A stretch of 64,000 nucleotides of DNA from Eledone cirrhosa (GCA_964016885.1 OZ024742.1:361832001-361896000), one strand, 5' to 3'; shown: positions 1 through 15,958, counted from the first letter of the stretch. Program-made: numbers and translations. Notes: a model not told the origin generated them from the letters alone.

Positions 1-129
1 GAAAACTTATAAAAAACATGTTGTGTAAGAGAGTATAAAAAAGGAAAATAAATAAATAAGTAAACCTGTGTGCACACTCACCAAGGGACACTGGTCTGTG
101 CTTGCAGATCCACACGAACATGGATGTAA

Positions 130-241
<112 letters not shown>

Positions 242-261
242 TTAGTTATGTAATAAATAAC

Positions 262-1430
262 ATGCAGTTCTCTGGCTACAACCAAAGAGACAGAGTCAGA
301 GTATACGAAGGAGCCATGGAGAAGTATAAGACCCTCATAGAACTGGACATGAAAGGAATTTGCCCATTATATAGGAGCAAATCATGGAATAGCTTAGATA
401 TGGCTAGACATAAGATAGGTAAAGCCACCTCATGGTACGACAACCAGAGATACCAGAGTGTCATGTTTGTGGACGCTACCCCTGAAGAGAAATTAGCTAA
501 CCAGTGTAGAAAGGCCCTGAGAAAGACCCACTTAAAGATTAAGGTGGTAGAAAAGCAAGGAACCACCATAAAATCCCTGATCAGCAAAACCTACTCTTTT
601 AAGAAAACCCACTGTACTAATAGGAAATGTATCATATGTAAGGTAAACCCCCGGATAAACTGTAAAACTAGAAACGTAGTCTATAGCATAAGATGTACAG
701 AGGGTACTTGCAGAAACATGACAACAACATACATAGGCGAGACAGCTCGTAGCATAGGTGAAAGGATAGACCAACACTGGGGGGAACTAAAAGGACGAAA
801 AAATGGGTCAGTACTATACGAACATGCCAGGCAACAACACGACGGTAACATAGACAACATAGAAATTAGAATAATATCTAAACATAGAAATGACCCAACA
901 GAGAGGTAAATGAGAGAGGCCAGCGAAATAGAACTTAGAAGGCCAAGACTAAACAGAAAGAATGAATGGAATAACAACAACACCCAAACAAACAACGCTG
1001 ACCTAAGAGAAGTATAAATAAATAAATAAATAAATACATAGATAAATAAATAAATAATTACATACACAAGCACAATAACAACAAACGCATATAAACACAC
1101 ACTAGAGAAGATAGAATACATTAACCGATACACAGTCACCCAATCACGAACACACATCAAACAAAACACTATACACACACGCAAACACATGCGCAAAGAA
1201 GACAAAATAAAATAAACAAACAAACAAATAAATAAATAAATATATAGACAGACTAAATAAAAATGGCGTAGACATACAATGTAACGGGAGGAAACAATAG
1301 CACCACTGACGATGTTGCAGATGTGCAACGAAAGAACTTTGATAAACTATATATATGTGTTTGTCTCTATATTGTATCTGTATTATTTTTGACCGTTGGT
1401 CAGTCAATGGCAACATTGAGGACCGAATAA
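262..1430 (+). mobile_element. Penelope-like element 3' fragment (C-terminal GIY-YIG endonuclease plus 3' UTR/pLTR)
   Basis: ORF 262-909 has a Cys-rich linker (CxxxxCxxC...C), then NVVYSIRCxxxxC...YIGETARSIGERIDQH and a later H, the GIY-YIG/CCHH pattern of PLEs. Premature stop at 909. Starts just after a (CA)n/(TA)n tract. Confidence 0.85.
1301..1342 (+). ncRNA. Degenerate hammerhead ribozyme core in PLE 3' region
   Basis: CTGACGA-t-GTTGCA-gatg-TGCAAC-GAAA: both core boxes plus a 6-bp stem II. Stems I and III are poorly formed. Confidence 0.5.
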
Positions 1431-1546
1431 ATTAGATTACCGATATAAAAGACACAGAAGCGAAAAGCGAAAACCAACCAAACAGTGAGTGTGTTCTGTT
1501 ATTAATTCTGGCAATACTATTACACAAATATGACCCTCCCCAAGTA

Positions 1547-1589
<43 letters not shown>

Positions 1590-2339
1590 CCATATATGCC
1601 TCACCCCACATAAGCACGTGGGAGGTAAACGGAGTCAGATGGGCGTGCCTTGTTATATGCGTCTGCTCGTGGCAGGGGATATGGTATTTTCATGCGGTCA
1701 TCCACGACACCCGCAGTGAACCCACGATCTCACGCACGCGTCGTACGAGTTATATGTATTTTCGGACTCATCGGCCCATGCACGTATCGCACATATGCCT
1801 GGGTCCCCGCATGTACACACGCCAACGAGATAAGGGTGCTCACATTCTGGGGATCCATACAAACACATATGGACATACATATATACACACTCACTTACCT
1901 TTACACACGCCTATATACACATCCATACATAAACTTACATACATACATGCGTATACACATGCGTGCGCATACACGAGACATGCGCTTGTGTACGCGCATC
2001 GGAGTTGCATGCAGATGATATCATGTGGGGTTAATAGGTGGTAGAAGGGATATAAGAAGTGGTGTTGAATAACGATGGTGAAATTACTGATACAAAATGG
2101 GGAGATGTAAACTGTTGTGGTAAAGTGTATGGTGTTAGTGGTTTGTATGTGCCTCAATGGTATGTGGTATGTGTTGGTGTGAGTGAGGGTGGTGGATGCA
2201 TGGTGATGTGTTTAGTGGTGGGGAGTATGGTAATGAATGCGACCTAACATTTACAGGATCAAAACTAAAAAAGGAATACAAACTAAAAATTAACAAGGAT
2301 AACAGTGGTAATGAAATGAGATATGTTATGAGAAAATAG

Positions 2340-2470
2340 TTGTTTCTACTTTTGGCACAAGGTCAGCAATTACCAGTACATTACTGGTACTTTATTTTAT
2401 CGACCCCGTAAGGATGAAAGGCAAAGTTGACTTCGGCGGGATTTGAACTCAGAATTGAAAGGGCCGTAAC
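2340..2470 (-). mobile_element. tRNA-derived SINE (family S1, internally shortened form)
   Basis: Reverse complement of GAGTTCAAATCCCGCCG (B box)...GCCTTTCATCCTTACGGGGTCGATAAAATAAAGTACCAG, shared with many copies in the window. Confidence 0.8.
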
Positions 2471-2499
2471 TTGATATGAGAAAATAGTGATAGTTGTTC

Positions 2500-4620
2500 C
2501 GATGTTGTGTTTAAATTGTTATGGTTTGTCCGTGGCTCCTGCCCGAATATCAAAGCGGAGAAAGTATTCTTCCTGACAGTTTATTAGGATTTCATTTTAA
2601 TTTGATGATCTCTACCGATTCGGCCAGGCACAACCTGCAATGGTTTCCGCCGGTCGGAAGTTGGGCCACGCGTCTCCTAACTGACCATTTGATCTGGTAT
2701 TTCAGGCTCTTGTCTGCCAGTCTGGTTTTGGAGCGTTTAAGTCTGTGGTTGAATGAGCTTTTGTGGTTGTAAAGTCGTTCCTTACATGTAGTCGAGGTCG
2801 CGCCTATATAAGTGTATTCATTTCGGTCGGCTGTGACATCGCACTGGTGCACAATGTTCTTGATGAGACACTTTCGGCTCAGTGGGCATTCTTCCGGCTT
2901 TTTGCAGTTGCACCTGGGGGCTATAGAGTTGTTGTTATATTGCCGGTTGGTCAGATTTTGGTTGGAGTTAGCATGTAGTTGAGCGTTGTAATATATTATC
3001 TGTGTGGTATTGTTTTGGGCTGTGTTAGTGTTTGCTTGTGGTGCTTGGTTGTGTTTGTGTATTTTGGTCCTATTAGTGTATGCTTTGGTTTGGTGTCGGC
3101 TAGATTGAGTGTTATGGAGAATGAGAAATTTACTGTGTATCTGTTAAAGAGCTTGTGGTATTTGTGTGTGGGTGGAAAGGATTGGTCGAGGGCCTTCAAG
3201 AATGTTCCTGGAACATTGGTAGCAACGTGTATAGAGTACAGGGCGTTGTACCATGTGACGGATCTAATCCGGGCCTTACGGCGTTTAGTGCGGTTGCTGT
3301 GGTTTGGTGTGTGTGTGGGGTGTATTTTCGTCAGGCGTATTTGTCTTGGGTACTCTTGCTATGTTTGTACCATTTAATCTAAGGCCCTTACTGTCATGTA
3401 TTCGTGTGCTATGCTTCAAGTCTTTACAGGGATTGGAGTGTATGGCTTTACCTCCTGGGCATTGGTATGTATCGCTGCCCGTCTTGTCGGCTAGGGGAGG
3501 TCTTTGCGTGGTAGTTATACGGCAGGGGTGGGGGTGGGTGGGTCATTGTCTATGTGTGTTTTTAAAGACCTATGTGGATTTTGCGACGTTGCGCTGCTGG
3601 TCTGGTCGTTGTATGCGATCTTCTCTTTATATCCAACCTTTTCTAGTGCGGAGTTATAGTATTCTGCGTGCTGGTTGAAGATAGATCTATTAGCCGACAG
3701 GGTGGGCACTCTGTGGGAAACACTCATAACTATAGAGTTAATAATGTTCTTAAGATGATTGGAGTGTCTATTAACATACTTTAAGTTCTCATTAGGTTTA
3801 TGGTTGGGTCGGTACAAACTTGTGCCTAATTTTAGTGTCTTGTCTATAAAATTCACTGTCCTATTGTTGCGTTCTATTTCTACCGCCAAGCCTTGGGTCT
3901 TAAAGATGTATCTAAGTCTTTTATGTAGACTTTCTATTTGGCTATTATTAAGTCAGCAGGCCAGGAGCAGAGCGTCGTCTCTATACAATCCCCCGCCTAT
4001 GCTACGGATCTAGTCTGTCAGTTTTCTTATGATGTACAAGCCGACAACGTCCGTAACTTGGGCGGAGTCACTCGACCCCATTGTAATATCAAAGCTATAT
4101 GGTCTATTTTGTCCCTTCCATAATTTACCGTCGAATTCTAGTAAAGTTTTCCTAGCAACTAGGTGATGTCAACTTCCTTTCTAGTGAGGCATGATTTTTT
4201 CATGCCTGAGATCAATGCTTTGTTTAAGATGACTGGGGATATTGAGGCATAGTAGTTCGCAATGTCCAATTGGACGAATCGAACATCCGACTTGGTTTCA
4301 ATGATGGGGAACCAGTCAATAACCTCTCTATTACAGGACCACAGGCTGAGTTTTGTCCTATTCCTTACTTCTGGTATTATCCGGTCAATGATAGATTTAC
4401 TAAGTCTACCTAAGTCTGGTTTGGAGGGTGCTATAAGCCTAACCGGTAGTTAACACTGAAAGTCCGGTTTATGGTCCTTAATTGATTGAGATCCTTGGTG
4501 TCATAGGGCTGTAGGGTTGTGTCCTATCGTCGATCTTAAGTTCTGTCGTTATTTTCAAGGCCTGGTTGTTTATGTATGTTAGATTTTCATGTGTTGATGT
4601 CTTGTAGTGTTATCGAACAA
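2500..4620 (-). mobile_element. Decayed Penelope-like element, RT followed by C-terminal GIY-YIG, CxCx5C linker (Hydra-clade-like)
   Basis: Minus-strand pieces: GGLYRDDAL (RT motif C, ~3970-3995), VNFIDKTL...KPNENLKYVNRHSNH, FPPTHKYHKLFNRYTVNFSFS, CNCKKPEECPLSRKCL (~2865-2915), YIGATSTTCKERLYNH...CRLCLAE. Many stops and frameshifts. Clade assignment is from recalled motif, not phylogeny. Confidence 0.85.
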
Positions 4621-4640
4621 TTTCATAGTGTTATTATATA

Positions 4641-4743
<103 letters not shown>

Positions 4744-4850
4744 ATACATATTACACTAACTGCATTGGGTAATTCAAACTTGACGCAGCTGATATCCTGT
4801 TCAGGTCTGAACACAGCTGATATGTTAAAGTGAAGGGAGTAAGATAGATC

Positions 4851-4918
<68 letters not shown>

Positions 4919-5466
4919 AGAGAGGGTGAAAGAGAGAGATAGGGAGAGAGAGAGAGAGGTTGGTGAGAATGGACCTCAGTACTTGATTGGTAATTTATGT
5001 AGACATCAGCATAAATTCAACTCAGATCGTACTGACACATTTTAATCTGCCGCCATAACGACTCTGTCAATTCATCGCTAAATACAATGTCTATATAAAT
5101 GATTTTATTCTGAATCACGCAGTGTTAGTATAATTCTTAATTATAACAAATGATTTTACGGCAAAATTTTGCCCCACCCCATTGCGTTCCAATATCTCTA
5201 CAATATCTTTGGATGTTCATAGTTATTCCCTTCATAAATATTCATCATGAATATTTATCAAGTAAAATTCTTCACGTTTGCCAAAAGGAAATGTCCAGAA
5301 TATTGCTTCCAAAACTTTTCATTTGCAATTCACTTTGGATATTAACTGGGAAAGATAATCGAAATCACATCTGTCTTCGAAAGATATGATGGACATATGT
5401 CTGTCAATCTAGCTGTTTCTCCGTTTGTCTCTTCCTGTCTCACATTCTCTCTCTCTCGCTCCCCCC

Positions 5467-5508
<42 letters not shown>

Positions 5509-5589
5509 CTATCTCATCTATCTCTATCTCTCTCTCCGTCCCTCCCCCTCTCTCTGTATATATATATGCATTATATGGGGGAGGGGGAA

Positions 5590-5835
5590 GGTGCGTTGTA
5601 TCCTCGAGCAAGACAAATTCCTTCATTCCAAACAGCTAGTAAGAATGAGTGGCAACCGTAATTGAAGGGGCCAACCACGTCACAGATTGTATCATATAGA
5701 ATCTCCCTGAGAAGCACATAGTGTCTGTACGTATCTCTGGAATACTAATATATTTAAATGTTGCTTTAACGAGCAGGCTGTTTCGTTGATTGATTCAGCT
5801 GAAGCAATCCTCTTTAGAAATGACGGAGGTCCAAC
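5590..5835 (-). mobile_element. Degenerate SINE-like repeat (family S2); partial + strand copy at ~12083-12170
   Basis: GTTGGACCTCCGTCATTTC...GAAACAGC..CTGCTCGT occurs at both loci, each next to (TA)n. The GTCTTGCTCGAGGATACAACGC motif resembles a SINE body domain. Confidence 0.55.
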
Positions 5836-5845
5836 TATATATATA

Positions 5846-5971
<126 letters not shown>

Positions 5972-6099
5972 GTATATATATATGTATATATATTCCGTTT
6001 TTGAATTGCATGGGAAAATGTGTGTTGAAACACATATTGTTTGGGAGGGCCAATAAAATCACTCGCACCTGTTGGTTTCATTTCAATTCATTATCATAA

Positions 6100-6515
<416 letters not shown>

Positions 6516-6526
6516 ATATATATATT

Positions 6527-6650
6527 GGTCGAAACGGCTTGAGCTCAGCTGTCGGGGTCTTACTGGTTCCTATTACCCACTCTACTACCTCAAGTATTGA
6601 GTACTTTGGTGCGTTATGGTCCACCTGGTTCCTTACCACATTTCCTTCGT
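6527..6650 (+). mobile_element. 5'-truncated family H3 unit (hammerhead 3' half plus tail)
   Basis: Near-identical to 11897-12021. Begins GTCGAAACGGC. Embedded in (TA)n. Confidence 0.65.
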
Positions 6651-8498
<1,848 letters not shown>

Positions 8499-8553
8499 GT
8501 GAGGTTTTTTTTACAAAATGAAAAATAACCGAGGTGTCCTACACGAGTGGAAG

Positions 8554-8852
8554 TATAAAGAAAAAGGGATGAAATCGAAAATGCAACTGAAGTCTTATTT
8601 TTTTAAAAATATATATATTTATTTGGTTCCTTTACCGGTTTCGCAGTTCTTCTGCTTTTCAAAAGGTGAGTTGAGATGGAGGGTCTGTGGTTTTTCTCAC
8701 ACAGATGTGAGAAAAACCACAGACCCTCCATCTCAACTCACCTTTTGAAAAGCAGAAGAACTGTGAAACCGGTAAAGGAACCAAATAAATATATATATTT
8801 TAAAAAAAATAAGACTTCAGTTGCATTTTCGATTTCATCCCTTTTTCTTTAT
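8554..8852. mobile_element. Near-perfect ~300 bp palindrome, family H2, one hammerhead-like motif per arm
   Basis: Arms centred on TCTCACA-caga-TGTGAGA. Motifs at 8629-8666 (-) and 8741-8778 (+). Confidence 0.75.
8741..8778 (+). ncRNA. Minimal type I hammerhead ribozyme, U3-A8 variant
   Basis: CCTT / TTGAAAA / GCAG-aagaa-CTGT / GAAA / CCGG / TA / AAGG: stem I, core 1, stem II, core 2, palindromic stem III, GUA site. Confidence 0.7.
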
Positions 8853-8856
8853 ATAT

Positions 8857-8925
<69 letters not shown>

Positions 8926-8927
<2 letters not shown>

Positions 8928-9818
8928 ATCAAGGTTTAGCAAATAAGAAAAAGTTTCAAAATAAATTTAAAAAAATTCGCTGTACTCACTATGGTTACCT
9001 TTACCGAATTGGTTTCGAGTCTCAAAAATAAATGGACAGTCCTTGCGGCCTTCCATTGCAGAAGGATCTTTTCACTCGGAGAATATAAAATTCCCGAGTT
9101 CAAATTACGAACTGGCGCTATTCAAAATTGTTCCCGAGATGAGCATAAATGATGTGGAAGCAATTCCGTCCAGTGCCGTGTGTAAACGATAGAAGCAAAG
9201 GCAGGGAGGTTAGTCTACTACCACTATAACTAGCAGCAGTCAGAACGACCAAATTTTTTCTCGACCAAGAGGAGAATAATAATAAAGTAAAGTATATATC
9301 CCTACACGCAAAAAGCGTCTAGGGACACATGTATTGTCCAACCATATGCCAATGTGGTTCAATGGCAGGTTAATAAATTAACGAGCCAGAACATATATAA
9401 TCAAGGTTTAGCAAATAAGAAAAAGTTTCAAAATAAATTTTAAAAAATTCGCTGTACTCACTATGGTTACCTTTACCGAATCGGTTTCGAGTCTCAAAAA
9501 TAAATGGACAGTCCTTGCGGCCTTCCAATGCAGAAGGATCTTTTCACTCGGAGAATATAAAATTCCCGAGTTCAAATTACGAACTGGCGCTATTCAAAAT
9601 TGTTCCCGAGATGAGAATAAATGATGTGGAAGCAATTCCGTCCAGTGCCGTGTGTAAAGATAGAATTTATTTTGAAACTTTTTCCTATTTGCTAAACCTT
9701 GATTATATATGTTCTGGCTCGTTAATTTATTAACCTGCCATTGAACCACATTGGCATATGGTTGGACAATACATGTGTCCCTAGACGCTTTTTGCGTGTA
9801 GGGATATGTACTTTACTT

Positions 9819-9823
<5 letters not shown>
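8926..9823. mobile_element. Direct-plus-inverted repeat unit typical of PLE pseudo-LTR insertions
   Basis: 8926-9190 is repeated at 9397-9660. 9278-9440 is inverted at 9665-9823. Flanked by (TA)n. Confidence 0.65.
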
Positions 9824-9876
<53 letters not shown>

Positions 9877-10216
9877 GTACATAATTATCGCAATGGAGAC
9901 ATTCTAAACTCAACGCCTGATATCCAATGACAGAACTTTCTGAATACAGGCTTTCTATATCTTTGCTAACTTGCTACACACACATACGCGCACGCGCGCA
10001 CGCGCGCACGCACACACACTCACACAAAGAATATACTATAGGAATAACCGGGTAATGCCATTCTTACCTTTCTCAAGTACCAGAGGTATTCATAAACTCT
10101 AATGCTTGACAGCAATGCAATGGCTATAGGCACGTCCTTTTATCTTACGAGTAACAACTTATTACACAAATATAAAATAACGATAATACTCGCTTTATTC
10201 AACTATTATTATAGTT

Positions 10217-10625
10217 AGGGCGGTGAATTGACAGTATCGGTAGAGCGTCGGACAACTTCCTTTGCAGCATAGAGTTTATGGCCTGAGTTAAAATCACATC
10301 GAGGTTAGCTTTGCCGTTCATCCTTACGTGGTTGATAAAATATAGTACCCGTAACACACTGGGTCGATTTAATCGACGTTTCCTTCCCCTTCAAAATGCT
10401 GGCTTTGTTCCTAAATCAAAAACAATTATTATAGTTATCTGAGTTAAGTTGGTTGATAGCGAAAATAGTTTGTCGTGTGAATTAGATTGCAATATTATTT
10501 CGTTACGGGTCTTTACTTCTGCATTCAAACCACTCCGTGGTTAACGTTGCCTTTCATCAATAAAATAAAGTACCAGTTGTGTACTCGGGTTAATATTAGC
10601 CACTTTCCCCGCTTCAAAAGTTTCT
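10217..10625 (+). mobile_element. Two degenerate S1 SINE copies in tandem
   Basis: GGGCGGTGAATTGACAGTATCGGTAGAGCG head and GCC.TTCATCCTTACG core. Second, more decayed copy ~10440-10625. Confidence 0.7.
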
Positions 10626-10739
10626 AGTATTTTGCTTATTTTAACACCCACTGTAGACATCTCTATATTTTCAGATATAAAATATCTATTTCTTAGGAAT
10701 ATGAAAGTGCAATAATATATAAATTATCTATGGAAAAGA

Positions 10740-10850
10740 TAATTGTTTCTACTTTAGGCACAAGGCCAGCAATTACCCAGTGCATTACTGGTACTTTATT
10801 TTATCGACCCCGTAAGGATGAAAGGCAAAGTCAACCTCGGCGGGATTTGA
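10740..10850 (-). mobile_element. S1 SINE short form; near-identical copy at 12498-12612
   Basis: TTGTTTCTACTTTAGGCACAAGGCCAGCAATTACCCAGTGCATTACTGGTAC...GGCGGGATTTGAA at both loci. Confidence 0.8.
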
Positions 10851-11763
10851 ATGGAAAAGATAATGATATTAAAATACAAACAGTGGACTTTCTCTTACAA
10901 CTCATTATGTAAGAGTGCAATATCTGTGTATATACAGTAAGTAGGGTTGTCTGCTCCTTCTCTCTCTCTTTGTGAACTCTCATAAGAGTGTAATTTCAAG
11001 AATTGGTCAGATACCAACATGACTATAATGAAAACTAAGGGAGAAATTAACATATAAGTTGTATCTTTGAATATATAATTTAAACACACGAGTTCACAGG
11101 TAACTGATTGGGTCTATCTCTTTACAGAACGTTAAGGGATAAATTATTATTGAGGGATAAATTATTATTGAGGAATAATGTAAAACAATATATATTAATA
11201 AAAATGAGATAAGAGAAAGGACCCCAGGGAAGCGAGAGTGAACAAAAACAAAACAAAAAAAAGACAAACAAAAAAAAACAAAACAAAGAAAACCAAAACC
11301 AAAACCCAAAACAAAACAAAACAAAAGAAATAAGGCAAACTGAGGCAAGTAAAATGATTGGTAAATATATAATTTCTAATTCATATGCAGGGTTACACAT
11401 TGCAATAAAATGAAAGTGTTAAAGAAAGAAATGAAAGTTACAGGACATACCTACATACATTTAGGTGACCTCATACAAGGTTCTATCTAATAAAAGGTTT
11501 CTATATGAAATTATGATAACGAATTGAAGTGAAAGCAACTGGTGCGTGTGTTTCTTATTGGCAACATGACCCTCCCAAAGCATAACAATATATATATATA
11601 TATATTTAATACATTAACAGAGAATGCTTTAAGCAATACTCCGACCGGCTTCCATCTCACTCAACAAACATTAGGATATACCTAAGTATAATCCCAATTA
11701 TACGTTTGGGGTGCTAACTATACGTATTTTGCGGATAGCCAGTTGTATTATTTTATATGAGAC

Positions 11764-11833
<70 letters not shown>

Positions 11834-11837
<4 letters not shown>

Positions 11838-12019
11838 AACCAGTAAGACCCCGACAGCTGAGCTCAAGCCGTTTCGACGGCTAATCCAGAATTAGCCGTC
11901 GAAACGGCTTGAGCTCAGCTGTCGGGGTCTTACTGGTTCCTATTACCCACTCTACTACCTCAAGTATTGAGTACTTTGGTGCATTATGGTCCACCTGGTT
12001 CCTTACCACACTTCCTTCG

Positions 12020-12021
<2 letters not shown>
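11834..12021. mobile_element. Family H3 fold-back unit centred on a hammerhead stem II
   Basis: Perfect palindrome 11834-11943 with loop CCAGA. Contains GAAAC-GGC...GCT-GTC-GGGGTC. Sits inside (TA)n. Confidence 0.7.
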
Positions 12022-12085
<64 letters not shown>

Positions 12086-12756
12086 GGACCTCCGTCATTT
12101 CAGAAGACGATTGCTTCAGCTGGTTCAGTCAATGAAACAGCAGACTGCTCGTGAAATCAACACTTAAATATATATGAATATATACACAGTTCAAGAGTAA
12201 CCAATCTTAAAGAGAAAGATGGAGATAGGAGAGGAGATAGGAGAGGAGATAGGAGAGGAGAGATTGGTGAATTAGTTAGAAGCCAAAGCGTAAAGGCATG
12301 TGCTCAATGTGTAATATGCAGTAGAAAGCAGCTAGGTGGCTGGATTCATGCAGAAGTTAGGCGCGCAGAGCTGAAAATATTCATTAGTTAAGCAAAACAA
12401 GACCACAAATTCCACAAGGAAGACATTATTAAAAGATTGTCAACATATTTTAGTTTGATGTAAGGAATGTAGAGAATAATAATAATAATATTAATAATAA
12501 TTGTTTCTACTTTAGGCACAAGGCCAGCAATTACCCAGTGCATTACTGGTACTTTATTTTATCGACCTCGTAAGGATGAAAGGCAAAGTCAACCTCGGCG
12601 GGATTTGAACTTTGGCTACTCCATATAATATTTCTGGATCAGATGACTATATATCATTATTGATCTGGTTCAGTTGAAAATAATTAACATATTTAAAAAC
12701 AGAGCGGCTCATCGGAAATTGAAAGGAATATAAATTAAAATAAGGAGAGAATGTTG

Positions 12757-13026
12757 CATAATGTAATGTTCCATATATTGGTATTTCACTATGGTGTGCC
12801 TGGTTGTATCAATTGTCAGCCATAATCAATCAGTATTCATCTGTCGAGGTTGCATTGTGTGAGATCTGCCTATGGGTAACCCATAGGCAGATCTCACACA
12901 ATGCAGCCTCTAGGCAGATCTCACACAATGCAGCCGCGACAGATGAATACTGGTTGATTATGGCTGACAATTGATACAACCAGGACACCATAGTGAAATA
13001 CCAATATATGGAACATTACATTATGT
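12757..13026. repeat. ~270 bp fold-back palindrome with an internal ~27 bp duplication
   Basis: Centre GATCTGCCTATGGGTAACCCATAGGCAGATC. TAGGCAGATCTCACACAATGCAGCC is duplicated in the right arm. Confidence 0.8.
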
Positions 13027-13139
13027 AACAGCATCTTATTTTGTTGTTTTATAAAATTCTCCATCGTAACTAAAAACTACGATTGTTGAGAGCTTTCTCC
13101 TGCTTACTCCTGTTTTTACCAAAACAACCTTTTCTGAAT

Positions 13140-14000
<861 letters not shown>

Positions 14001-14585
14001 TATGAAAAAGTCAATAAGGTAAAAAACATGGGAGAACAATACACCACAATGATGATATGTATTAGTTTAACGTTTGATATAGACGATAAATAATAAGATG
14101 AGAAACAAGATTAAAATTAAGAAAACATGCTATCAAGCGTTAAACTAATATATTTCTACATTTTACTGTGTCATTGACTTTGTTGTTTCTGTTTACTTTT
14201 TGTATAGATATGCAACGTTCTACAAAATCAAGGTATTATTTATAAGTATTTTAGAATTCTATATAGTGTTGATGTGAATATCCCATCGAAGCAAAATGAA
14301 ATCTGTTTTGTGGAATGTTGATATCAATGTGCTTGATTGTTTCTGAGGGAAGACAGCAGAATGGAAGTGGTTTATTGGGGTTAATGGTATGTAGTTGCAT
14401 TATTGCGCTCGATTGGTCTACACACCAATTTGCGTTCTGAAATGATCGTTAAACAATGGATTAACTACTTTATCTTCGTTTAGCACTTCATTGTTTAACA
14501 TGATATATATATACTCACACAAATATATATCTGTATGCATGTATGTATGTATGTATGTATGTATGTATGTATGTATGTATGTATG

Positions 14586-14632
<47 letters not shown>

Positions 14633-14635
14633 TTA

Positions 14636-15324
14636 TGTCAGGTCACCACTTGGTGCTACTGGTAACATGTATCCCAGTACAACCTGTCACATGGTCGGGT
14701 CGTTGGCGACTAAACTGGCAACCCCACCAAGGTTTCTTAGTGAGGAGGGTGACTTTGGACATCCTGCAGGACTAAAAACAAAACCTGTCAAAGGGCAAAG
14801 GAGCTCTTAAGAGTCAATGGCCATCCAAAATCACTGGGAGAGATGACCCCTTAGCCTTTGTCAAGGCAGAATTCTAGGAGAAGGAAAACTCTGATATAAC
14901 ACCTGCAACCCTGATGGTATCCAATGATGTTGACTTGTTCTTCTTTTTGGTAAATATCATCTTGGTTAAGCGAGTGGGACTGGCTTTGTGCAGTGCCTTT
15001 GCTCACTATAAAAGCTTCACGGCACAGGCATTGCTTTATATCTGGAGATCTCTCTGCACTTGTCGTCACATGGTACCATGGGCCCAGCACTATGTGTGAA
15101 TGATTGTCACAAGTGTAGTGTTTGCACCAGAGTTTTCAAGTCGCTGGCTGGACTAAAAAGTCACACTCGTTCAGCGCATCGGTAGGGGTTCTCCTACATG
15201 GATATAAAGTGGTGGCCGTACTCGAAGACGAGTTGGCAGCCACCATGTATATATATATATGTATGTATATGTGTATGTATGTATATATATATGTATGTAT
15301 GTATGTATATGTATGTATATGTAT
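14636..15324 (+). mobile_element. Non-autonomous bipartite RTE derivative, family R1 copy 1, (ATGT)n tail
   Basis: Structured 5' part joined to an RTE-like C-terminal zinc finger ([26 protein letters not shown]), then a CTCG-nnnn-CGAG stem-loop and ATGT tail. Confidence 0.8.
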
Positions 15325-15800
15325 CACCGGGAGAGATGACCCCTTAGCCTTTGTCAAGGCAGAATTCTAGGAGAAGGAAAACTCTGATATAACACCTGCA
15401 ACCCTGATGGTATCCAATGATGTTGACTTGTTCTTCTTTTTGGTAAATATCATCTTGGTTAAGAGAGTGGGACTGGCTTTGTGCAGTGCCTTTGCTCACT
15501 ATAAAAGCTTCACGGCACAGGCATTGCTTTGTATCTGGAGATCTCTCTGCACTTGTCGTCACATGGTACCATGGGCCCAGCACTGTGTGTCAATCATTGT
15601 CACAGGTGTAGTGTTTGTACTAGAGTTTTCAAGTCGCTGGCTGGACTGAAAAGTCACACTCGTTCAGCGCATCGGTAGGGGTTCTCCTACATGGATATAA
15701 AGTAGTGGCCGTACTCGAAAACGAGTTGGCAGCCACCATGTATGTATGTATGTATGTATGTATGTATGTATGTATGTATGTATGTATGTATGTATGTATA
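15325..15800 (+). mobile_element. R1 copy 2, 5'-truncated
   Basis: Near-identical to 14832-15250. Follows the tail of copy 1 directly. Confidence 0.85.
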
Positions 15801-15862
15801 TGTATATTTGTATGTATATGTGTATGTATATATATGTATATATATATATTTATGTATGTATG

Positions 15863-15893
<31 letters not shown>

Positions 15894-15958
15894 ATATATA
15901 TATATATGTATATTTATGTATGTATGTATGTATATATATATGTATATATATGTATATG

